Assembly: GCA_017614715.1 (NCBI GenBank)
Contig: JAGABI010000011.1
Span: 10,821 to 74,820 of the forward strand
DNA from: Bacteroidales bacterium
GTDB taxonomy: Bacteria > Bacteroidota > Bacteroidia > Bacteroidales > UBA932
Direction of reading: 5' to 3'
Length of the DNA stretch: 64,000 nucleotides
The notes below the pieces were generated by a model. The model saw nothing but the letters and a program-made list of their open reading frames with translations, searched no databases and was not told the origin of the DNA. The position numbers and the translations under genes are program-made. Shown here in pieces: positions 9,752 through 16,916 of the stretch (position 1 is its first letter; every line of letters begins with the position of its first letter).

Positions 9752-10801
9752 ATGGCAAAAATCAATTTTGGCGGTGTCGAGGAACAGGTTGTGACCCGCG
9801 CCGAATTCCCGCTCGAAAAAGCAAAAGCCGTTTTGGCAAACGAAACAATTGCAGTTCTCGGTTATGGCGTCCAGGGCCCCGGCCAGTCGCTCAACCTGCG
9901 TGACAATGGTTTCAACGTAATTGTGGGCCAGCGCAAGGGCTCCAAGAGCTGGGATAAGGCAATTGCCGACGGTTGGGTTCCCGGCGAAACCCTCTTCGAG
10001 ATTGAAGAGGCGTGCGAGAAGGCAACCGTTATCGAATTCCTGCTCAGTGACGCAGGTCAGATCCAGGCATGGCCCTCTGTCAAGAAGCACCTCACTGCAG
10101 GCAAATGCCTCTATTTCTCCCACGGCTTCGCCATTACCTATAACGAGCGCACCGGCATCGTCCCTCCCAAGGACGTCGATGTTGTCATGGTTGCCCCCAA
10201 GGGTAGCGGTACATCGCTGCGCCGCCTCTTCCTCCAGGGCCGCGGCATCAACTCTTCTTACGCAATCTGGCAGGACGCTACCGGCAAGGCATACGACCGC
10301 ACCATCGCCCTTGGCGTAGGTATCGGCAGCGGCTATCTGTTTGAGACCACCTTCAAGCGTGAGACCTACTCCGACCTCACCGGCGAGCGCGGTACCCTCA
10401 TGGGTGCAATCCAGGGTATCTTCGCAGCCCAGTACGACGTACTCCGCGCAAACGGCCACACCCCCAGCGAGGCATTCAACGAGACAGTTGAGGAGCTCTC
10501 ACAGAGCCTTCTCCCGCTGGTTGGCGAGAACGGCATGGACTGGATGTATGCAAACTGCTCCACCACCGCACAGCGCGGTGCACTGGACTGGTGGAAGAAG
10601 TTCCGCGATGCTACCAAGCCTGTATTCGAGGCTCTTTACAACAGCGTAGCTACCGGCAACGAGGCTCAGATCAGCATCGATTCCAACGGTAAGGAAGGCT
10701 ATCGCGCAGGTCTTGAGGCAGAACTCAAGGAGATGCGTGAGAGCGAAATGTGGCAGGCCGGCAAGGCTGTCCGCGCCCTCCGTCCGGAAAACGCAAAATA
10801 G
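9752..10801 (+). CDS. ilvC: Ketol-acid reductoisomerase
   Basis: 349 aa. GYGVQGPGQSLNLRDNG Rossmann motif and SHGF; class I KARI length. Confidence 0.95.
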   Translation: MAKINFGGVEEQVVTRAEFPLEKAKAVLANETIAVLGYGVQGPGQSLNLRDNGFNVIVGQRKGSKSWDKAIADGWVPGETLFEIEEACEKATVIEFLLSDAGQIQAWPSVKKHLTAGKCLYFSHGFAITYNERTGIVPPKDVDVVMVAPKGSGTSLRRLFLQGRGINSSYAIWQDATGKAYDRTIALGVGIGSGYLFETTFKRETYSDLTGERGTLMGAIQGIFAAQYDVLRANGHTPSEAFNETVEELSQSLLPLVGENGMDWMYANCSTTAQRGALDWWKKFRDATKPVFEALYNSVATGNEAQISIDSNGKEGYRAGLEAELKEMRESEMWQAGKAVRALRPENAK

Positions 10802-10843
10802 TTTCCATTACCTTAAAAGGACCTGGGCTTCCACATCCTTGGC

Positions 10844-12685
10844 ATGATTGTCAAAAAGGTCATACCATCGATTCTGTACCTGTTGATTGCTGGAATAGTG
10901 ATTGGCGGATGTCAGGAACTGGAAGAGCCGGGAGGACATAATCAGGAGCTCCCGAAAGAGGATGTATATATCCCTTCGGAGGCTCCTGATCCTTTTACCT
11001 GGGTAGCGACAGACAGCCAGGGAAACTCAATTGATCCCGACCTTGGAGCCTATCCGGAAAAGTCAGAGCGCGACGGAAAGTTCGTTGCCATTTTCTATTT
11101 CCTCTGGCACGGGTGCCACGGATATGACACACCCGCCAATTACAACGATGTAATTCAGCCTACAGCCGCAGACAGCAAGAGCCCCTACGATATCCAGAAA
11201 CTGCTGGACCAGAACCTGGTCAATCCGGAGCTTGGACACATAGGAGTCATGTACCATTGGGGAGAACCATATCTTGGTTATTATGTATCCAACGACGAGT
11301 GGGTAATCCGTAAGCACGCCCAGATGCTTTCAGATGCCGGGGTGGACGCCATCTTCTTCGATGTCACAAACGGCTTTCATTACCTTCCGGTATTCCGTAT
11401 CCTCGCCGAGACATTTACGCAGATGCGTGCCAGCGGCAACAAAACGCCGCAGTTCGCCTTTTTGCTCAACTCACGGGTCTCAACCGTATCAAGGGTACTG
11501 TACAAAGAGATCTATTCTAAAGGGCTATACAAAAATCTGTGGTTTACATGGGAAGGCAAACCGGTTATGCTTGCCAATCCCTCTGAAGTATCCGCAGGCA
11601 TCAGGGATTTCTTCACCCTGCGTCAATCCTGGTTCCTCTCAAACAATGCCAATTCAGACAAATGGTTCGGCAACGGAGAAGACAAATGGCCGTGGGGCAG
11701 CGTATATCCCCAGAAACCGGGCACACATGCCGGTAAAAACGAATTCGTCCCGGTAATGCCAGCCACCCACCCTATCTCAAACATCGGGCGCAGTTTCGAT
11801 GCAGCTTCGGGTACCGAACCCTCACACCCTACCCCTGAGAAGGGCATTTATTTCAAGAAGCAGTTTGAACGGGCCTTGAGTATGGATCCCCAAATCATCT
11901 TTTTCACGGGATGGAACGAGTGGACGGCACAGCGACAGAGACCGGAAGACAGCCCGCCTCCATACTTTGTAGACCAGTACAACCACGAATTCAGCCGCGA
12001 CATCGAGCCTCTAAACGGCGGTTTTGGCGACAACTACTACTATCTTATGGCCGATTTTATCCGTAAGTTCAAGGGGGCGAAAAAGATTCCCGTTTTCAAC
12101 GAGAAAAAAGAGATCTGCATAGACGCATCCTTTGAGGACTGGGCCGGGGTAAGCGCAAAGTGGGGAGACGATGTTGGAGATGTAACCAGTCGCAATCATT
12201 TTGGATGGGGACGGATTGGTCAATATGTAAACGTTAGCGGTCGCAACGATATTGTGCTGACGGCTGTCACCAACGACGCGAATAAAATATATTTTTACGT
12301 CAGGACGGCATCAGACATTTCCACTTACACCGACCCCCAGTGGATGCAACTCTTCATCAGGGTCGATGGTACCAAGGCAAACTGGGAGGGGTTCGATTTT
12401 GCCGTTAACCGGACAAATCCGGCAAAAGGCAATGCCGTTTTGGAAAAGAGTCAGGGGGGATGGAAGTGGAAAAAGGTGTCCGATATTTCTTACCGCATTA
12501 ATGGCAAGGAGATGGAACTTGCCATACCCTTGTCATCGCTCGGGATAAAGAACCCCAAAGAGTTCACAATCGATTTCAAATGGATTGACAACGCTGCCTC
12601 CGGCGGTGACATCCAGACCTGCATGCGCGACGGCGACAGCGCCCCCAACGGCCGCTTCCGGTATCGGTACAAGTTTAAGGAGTAA
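10844..12685 (+). CDS. Uncharacterised lipoprotein; putative glycoside hydrolase (TIM-barrel-like N-terminal part plus C-terminal beta-sandwich)
   Basis: Lipobox ...VIGGC. FYFLWHG, HWGEPYLGYYVSNDEWVIRKHAQMLSDAGVDAIFFDVTNG and FTGWNEWTAQ resemble GH99/GH71-like hydrolase-like families from memory. The family assignment is not secure. Confidence 0.4.
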   Translation: MIVKKVIPSILYLLIAGIVIGGCQELEEPGGHNQELPKEDVYIPSEAPDPFTWVATDSQGNSIDPDLGAYPEKSERDGKFVAIFYFLWHGCHGYDTPANYNDVIQPTAADSKSPYDIQKLLDQNLVNPELGHIGVMYHWGEPYLGYYVSNDEWVIRKHAQMLSDAGVDAIFFDVTNGFHYLPVFRILAETFTQMRASGNKTPQFAFLLNSRVSTVSRVLYKEIYSKGLYKNLWFTWEGKPVMLANPSEVSAGIRDFFTLRQSWFLSNNANSDKWFGNGEDKWPWGSVYPQKPGTHAGKNEFVPVMPATHPISNIGRSFDAASGTEPSHPTPEKGIYFKKQFERALSMDPQIIFFTGWNEWTAQRQRPEDSPPPYFVDQYNHEFSRDIEPLNGGFGDNYYYLMADFIRKFKGAKKIPVFNEKKEICIDASFEDWAGVSAKWGDDVGDVTSRNHFGWGRIGQYVNVSGRNDIVLTAVTNDANKIYFYVRTASDISTYTDPQWMQLFIRVDGTKANWEGFDFAVNRTNPAKGNAVLEKSQGGWKWKKVSDISYRINGKEMELAIPLSSLGIKNPKEFTIDFKWIDNAASGGDIQTCMRDGDSAPNGRFRYRYKFKE

Positions 12686-12708
12686 TGCTTTTTGTAAGAG
12701 AAATTGTG

Positions 12709-12716
12709 TAACTTTG
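12709..12716 (+). promoter_or_regulatory. -7 promoter box (TAACTTTG) for the small lipoprotein gene
   Basis: TAnnTTTG match 30 nt upstream of the ATG at 12747. Confidence 0.4.
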
Positions 12717-12746
12717 AACATAATACCTCATCATTAACTATTAATT

Positions 12747-13271
12747 ATGAAAAATTCCGCCTCAATACTGTTTGTTTTCGCTCTATTTTCACTTTTCTTG
12801 AACGCTTGCACGCCAGAGAAGAAAGCTGAGGTAACTGTATACGATCCATCCATAGAAGGGTTTACTTTCTACTTTGAAGAGAATCACCTGTACGGCCTTA
12901 TGGATGAGCCATACACTCCGAAATACCTTATTCTCGGAAACGGTTTCGACAGAAACGGCGAATCGCAGGTTTGGTGCAAGACACGTCAGGCAACAAATAA
13001 GGACGGCTTCAGGTTTTATGTTAATGAAAAGAACAGATGGCCATCAAGCAATCCTTATATTGACGCGGGGAGTGTAGCCATCAACGGCGACCAGCTTGAA
13101 TTCCGGCATCTGTCCCGCAACTTTACCAATTGCCTGAAGGGTGTCTGGAAAATCGTCCCCCTCGGAAATAACAGATATCGTCTTGAGTCGATAGAATACA
13201 GCGACTACTATTGTATTGTTGAATACACAGGATACAATACTCCCGGAGACCCACAGACCATTGAATTATAA
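12747..13271 (+). CDS. Hypothetical small lipoprotein
   Basis: 174-aa ORF with lipoprotein signal MKNSASILFVFALFSLFLNAC. No recognisable domain. A spot count on one line gives about 38% GC. Confidence 0.5.
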   Translation: MKNSASILFVFALFSLFLNACTPEKKAEVTVYDPSIEGFTFYFEENHLYGLMDEPYTPKYLILGNGFDRNGESQVWCKTRQATNKDGFRFYVNEKNRWPSSNPYIDAGSVAINGDQLEFRHLSRNFTNCLKGVWKIVPLGNNRYRLESIEYSDYYCIVEYTGYNTPGDPQTIEL

Positions 13272-13337
13272 AGGTAGTCATTAATACAATGACTCATCAT
13301 TAATCTACATCCTACTGATACTGGAGCGGACTAGACC

Positions 13338-13513
13338 GCTCAGTGCAGACACCTTCTATAATACTGGGGCGCTGCCCCAAACCCCGCCGCTCCAGCCTTG
13401 CTATTGCGCTATCCAACCCGGCTCTGCTTCCGCTAGCGCCTGCTGGCGCCAGCTTTCTGGGCAAAAATCTGCCCTTGAAAGCATTCAAGCTACGGGCTTT
13501 GTCTGCACTGAGC
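13338..13513. other. GC-rich structured non-coding element A1: a 13-bp closing helix enclosing four local hairpins
   Basis: 13338-13350 (gctcagtgcagac) is the exact reverse complement of 13501-13513. The interior holds hairpins ggggc/gcccc, gctagcgcc/ggcgccagc, gggca/tgccc and cttgaa/ttcaag. ORFs here have low-complexity, non-protein-like translations. Confidence 0.4.
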
Positions 13514-13526
13514 TATGTCGCCAGAG

Positions 13527-13674
13527 GTCCAGCCAAAGCGCCTCTACGTTTTGTTAAGGGCCCCACGAAACTTTGGCGGGTACGCAACCTTTTTCCTTTC
13601 TAAAGTCCTAGTGACGAGCACTGCCGCACGGGACGGGTTTGCCCGCCGCGGATCTCCTTGCGCTTTGGCCGGAC
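13527..13674. other. GC-rich structured non-coding element A2: a 15-bp closing helix with one mismatch
   Basis: 13527-13541 (gtccagccaaagcgc) pairs with 13660-13674 (gcgctttggccggac). The interior has a cggg-tttg-cccg hairpin. It lies directly adjacent to A1. Confidence 0.35.
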
Positions 13675-14016
13675 AAGTATATGATTATCTCAACACATGA
13701 ATATTGGATTTGTAGATAAGAGTCTTTAAATTCGCACTTGCTGTCGTAAGATGGCATACATATCAGCGAAAGTGTTTCGCGTTGTTCTTAATGAAATCTG
13801 GGAAATTTCTTTAGGAGAGGCAACGGGTTGACACTACGCTCGACCATGATATCGTATTTGCGGCACTCTGCCGTACTACATATCAGTCGAGTGTGGAACA
13901 TGTTCAAATCCACTCTCCAGGGTTTCCCAGAACCTCATTAAGGTGGTGCGAATCGGTTCCACACTTTTGTTTTTATATACCCGCCCGGAGCCGGCACAAT
14001 TGTCTAATAGAGACCA

Positions 14017-14139
14017 ATGAAACAGTATTATGTAACTCCCATAGTGGAGGTTATGCATTTCGATGCAGAGAGTGTAATAATGAACGGCTCAGGAGCGGCT
14101 GGCACTGTACAAGGACCTGGTGCAGAGTATCCCGACTAA
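14017..14139 (+). CDS. Candidate 40-aa small ORF (MKQYYVTPIVEVMHFDAESVIMNGSGAAGTVQGPGAEYPD)
   Basis: ATG at 14017, in-frame stop at 14137-14139, in-frame upstream stop at 14008-14010. It ends 19 nt before the lipoprotein ATG at 14159. Too short for the ORF track. The N-terminal Y-x-x-P-x-x-E-V...E-S-V pattern resembles small leader-like peptides. There is no independent support. Confidence 0.3.
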   Translation: MKQYYVTPIVEVMHFDAESVIMNGSGAAGTVQGPGAEYPD

Positions 14140-14158
14140 CCATAAACATGACCAAGAT

Positions 14159-15676
14159 ATGAAACACATCATACGTTTTGTGGCATCAGTATTACTGGTG
14201 TCAATGACTGCGTGCATCGCAGACAAGCAGTCAGACCTGGAGATGCAGGGCTACATCAAGACCATCAACGTCATTGGCCCTGAAAAGATAATGTTCGAGC
14301 CGATAAATGGCTATGAGCAGACAAAAGCGACATCCGTGGACGACGGCCTCACACTGGAGTTCAACTGGGCGGCGGGTGACACTCTCGGTATCTTTCCCAA
14401 TAAGGGCAACCAGGTGGAGTTCCCTATTACGACACAGGAGAGTTCCACCAGCGCAACGTTTGACGGCGGCGGCTGGGCACTGAGGAACAATGCATCTTAT
14501 GCTGCATACTATCCGTTCAGTGTATGGAACTACCACTTGAACAACAAGACCATCGTGCTGGACTATTCGGGACAGGTGCAGAACGGTAACGGCAGTTTCG
14601 CTCACCTCTCGGCATACGATTATCTGGCATCGGCAAAGACAACACCCGAGAACAACATGGTCACCTTCCAGATGGACAGGCAGGGTTCTATTCTCTACAT
14701 AGACATCGTAGTCCCAGAACCCGCAACCATCACATCGTTGACAATATCGTGCGACGAGGCCATCTTCGTAGAGAAGGCAGCCCTGGATATATCGGGGAAT
14801 AATCCCGTGGTTACACCTGTAGAAACCAAGGAATCCATAACCCTAAACTTCGAGAATACTGCCACCACATATCAGAATGAGACAGTGCGAGCCTATATGG
14901 CCGTACAGCCGCTGGACTTCAGCAGCAAGACAGTGACTGCAACACTGGAGACCAGCGCCACAACCTACACCGCCCCGGTAGTCTCCCGCGTGGTGAACAA
15001 GGGCAAGGCAGCTTTCCTGCGTTTCTCCAACAGTTTCAGCACAATCCCTGAGGCGGTGGATTTAGGCCTGCCCTCAGGGTTAAAATGGGCATCCTGCAAC
15101 GTTGGTGCAAATGCTCCAGAGGAATACGGTGATTACTTTGCTTGGGGAGATGTTGAGCCTAATTACACTAGCCAAAATCCTTTGACTTGGAAAGACGGTA
15201 AGACCGGGTATGACTGGGTGTCATATAGATTCCACACAAGTGGCGATTCTTGGACTAATGTTAAGTTCTCCAAATACAACACCATTAGCAGTTATGGTCC
15301 TGTTGATAATAAAACCGTCCTCGACCCGGAGGATGACGCAGCAGCAGTCAATTGGGGAGGTTCTTGGAGAATGCCCACCTCCGCAGATTGGACAGAGCTG
15401 AGGAACGAATGCTCCTGGACTTGGACTACGCAGAATGGCGTAAGTGGAAGACTCATAACTGGCAATAACGGCAACAGCATATTCCTGCCCGCTGCTGGCA
15501 CACGGGGTGGTGTCGGTCTCGCTGATGTCGGTTCTTACGGTCGCTACTGGACTCGTTCCTCCCTATATACATATCATCCTCATGACGCTGGGTACCTGGG
15601 CTTCCATTCGAATGAAGTTTACTGGGAATACGGCAACCGCTGCAACGGGTTCTCAGTCCGTCCCGTTTCTGAATAA
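14159..15676 (+). CDS. Surface-type lipoprotein with a fimbrillin/Ig-like N-terminal region and a C-terminal FISUMP (TIGR02145)/DUF1566-type C-type-lectin-fold domain
   Basis: I chose the start at 14159 (MKHIIRFVASVLLVSMTAC lipobox). C-terminal motifs GLPSGLKWASCNVGA..YGDYFAWG, WRMPTSADWTEL, IFLPAAG, YGRYWTRS and GFSVRPV. Confidence 0.75.
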   Translation: MKHIIRFVASVLLVSMTACIADKQSDLEMQGYIKTINVIGPEKIMFEPINGYEQTKATSVDDGLTLEFNWAAGDTLGIFPNKGNQVEFPITTQESSTSATFDGGGWALRNNASYAAYYPFSVWNYHLNNKTIVLDYSGQVQNGNGSFAHLSAYDYLASAKTTPENNMVTFQMDRQGSILYIDIVVPEPATITSLTISCDEAIFVEKAALDISGNNPVVTPVETKESITLNFENTATTYQNETVRAYMAVQPLDFSSKTVTATLETSATTYTAPVVSRVVNKGKAAFLRFSNSFSTIPEAVDLGLPSGLKWASCNVGANAPEEYGDYFAWGDVEPNYTSQNPLTWKDGKTGYDWVSYRFHTSGDSWTNVKFSKYNTISSYGPVDNKTVLDPEDDAAAVNWGGSWRMPTSADWTELRNECSWTWTTQNGVSGRLITGNNGNSIFLPAAGTRGGVGLADVGSYGRYWTRSSLYTYHPHDAGYLGFHSNEVYWEYGNRCNGFSVRPVSE

Positions 15677-15710
15677 AAGACTCGCACCGGCATTAGCCAG
15701 TAAGTAATTA

Positions 15711-15756
15711 GACAAGGTGCCTGTATCTGATTTTTCCAGATACAGGCACCTTTGTC
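15711..15756. terminator. Bidirectional intrinsic terminator hairpin between convergent genes
   Basis: gacaaggtgcctgtatctg / cagatacaggcacctttgtc gives a 19-bp stem with one bulged t and a 7-nt atttttc loop. It sits between the stop at 15676 (+) and the stop at 15769 (-). Confidence 0.8.
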
Positions 15757-15768
15757 TTGTCGAATAAA

Positions 15769-16665
15769 CTATAACGAATTAACTTCCTCTTCGCTGAGGC
15801 CGGTGGCCTTCATTATAGTCTCGATATCTACGCCAAGATTCTTAAAGTTACGGGCGGTGTTTCTAATTCCTTCCTCTTTGCCGTCCATCCTGGCGGTGTA
15901 AATGATATTCTGGCGGTCGATTTCTGTTGTCATGACATCTCTGGTATAAGTTTGCAGTTCTTCTTCTGTCAGAAGATTAATGTCACAGGCTGCAAAAAGC
16001 AGGCCGAATACCTCCTCAATAAGTGCCGTAGGCCGTCGTTTCAGGATGCTCATGTGTGTCAGTGCATAGGATAGCTTCTCTGCAAAGCTGTCGCTTTTGT
16101 CGGGCACAGGCTTGCGGTAATTTGTCATCTCGAGGAAGATGAAGTTGAGACGGTCTGTCATAAGGTCGTTTGTTGTGCGCTCTCGAAGGTCGTAGCGGAA
16201 GAGCACCTGGTCGGTGTTTTTGTGGAGTGAGAAATTGAGAAAGCTGATGACATATACGGGGGGATAGTCGTATTGTTTGTCATGCGGGTCACGCCTTCTG
16301 CCTTTCTTGCGAGCTTTTACCTGCTCTTGAATGGGGAAGGTAGAGTAGAAGAGAGCGCGTTCGGGGAAATGAATCTGCTTGTCGCGCTGCATCTCTACTA
16401 CGAAACGGCTGCCGTTGGAATCTATGCACTCAACGTCGAAGATTGCGTCGTGTCCTTCTGCATAGGAGTTGGATTTGAGTTTGCCGAGTTTGTTGTAGAA
16501 GATATCTACAATGTTCCGCTCAGGGATTAGTTCACAGAGCAGCGCAATCAATGTTGCTTTGTTGGACTCGGCCCCCAGAACCTTCTTGAACCATTTGTCC
16601 ATCAGGATATCGATGTACCGAATCACTGCTCCTCCTCTTTTTTCTTTCGTCATGATATGGATCAA
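15769..16665 (-). CDS. Rpn-family recombination-promoting nuclease / PD-(D/E)XK nuclease-family putative transposase (PDDEXK_2)
   Basis: 298 aa. Has IRYIDILMDKWFKKVLG, DAIFDVECIDSNGSRFVVEMQ (D...E-x-Q nuclease core) and a C-terminal helical tail ...NLGVDIETIMKATGLSEEEV, all typical of this multi-copy Bacteroidales family. No terminal inverted repeats seen. Confidence 0.8.
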   Translation of the reverse strand: MIHIMTKEKRGGAVIRYIDILMDKWFKKVLGAESNKATLIALLCELIPERNIVDIFYNKLGKLKSNSYAEGHDAIFDVECIDSNGSRFVVEMQRDKQIHFPERALFYSTFPIQEQVKARKKGRRRDPHDKQYDYPPVYVISFLNFSLHKNTDQVLFRYDLRERTTNDLMTDRLNFIFLEMTNYRKPVPDKSDSFAEKLSYALTHMSILKRRPTALIEEVFGLLFAACDINLLTEEELQTYTRDVMTTEIDRQNIIYTARMDGKEEGIRNTARNFKNLGVDIETIMKATGLSEEEVNSL

Positions 16666-16916
16666 ATTAAGGGTTAGAAACAGGCAGGCAAGATAGCACG
16701 AGGCTCAGCCATCGCGTGCGACAAATTCTCAAAATCTGAGGTGATGAGAGCCTCAAAACAGAAATACTTTTTTCAAAAACAGAGGAGCGATTTCAGAAAC
16801 GTCAAACAGCCGGCACTTCGCTTGTTGCGTTCTATTTTTATGTATCTTTACATCATGATTAACGGATGATGGGACACACCCTATTCACGACGAGTAGCAT
16901 AATCATTCATTAGCAC

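Noticed and set aside
7862-10459. ORFs 7862-9259 (-, 465 aa) and 9365-10459 (-, 364 aa), antisense to ilvB/ilvN/ilvC
   Set aside because: Shadow ORFs opposite well-supported genes, with no recognisable domains.
13338-13513. Retron msr/msd ncRNA (flanking a1/a2-type inverted repeats)
   Set aside because: No reverse transcriptase or effector gene lies adjacent. The next credible gene is a lipoprotein. The idea is kept only as one of several possibilities in the finding.
13343-13700. Track ORFs 13343-13603 (86 aa) and 13515-13700 (61 aa) in the GC-rich island
   Set aside because: The translations are low-complexity (Ala/Pro/Leu/Arg/Ser) with no start context. The region is better explained by the nested inverted repeats, so it is treated as non-coding structured DNA/RNA.
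13903-13921. tRNA-like T-loop fragment (ttcaaatccactctccagg) as a possible att-site remnant
   Set aside because: No complementary T-stem 5' arm and no cloverleaf or acceptor pairing upstream. A 9-mer like ttcaaatcc is expected by chance in 128 kb of two-strand sequence. No integrase is nearby.
13338-15676. Diversity-generating retroelement acting on the FISUMP-type C-terminus, with the GC-rich island as template repeat
   Set aside because: I compared the last about 200 nt of the gene with 13.3-13.7 kb on both strands. Only a 9-nt chance match (ccgtcccgt) was found. There is no Asn-codon-rich template and no reverse transcriptase gene in the window.
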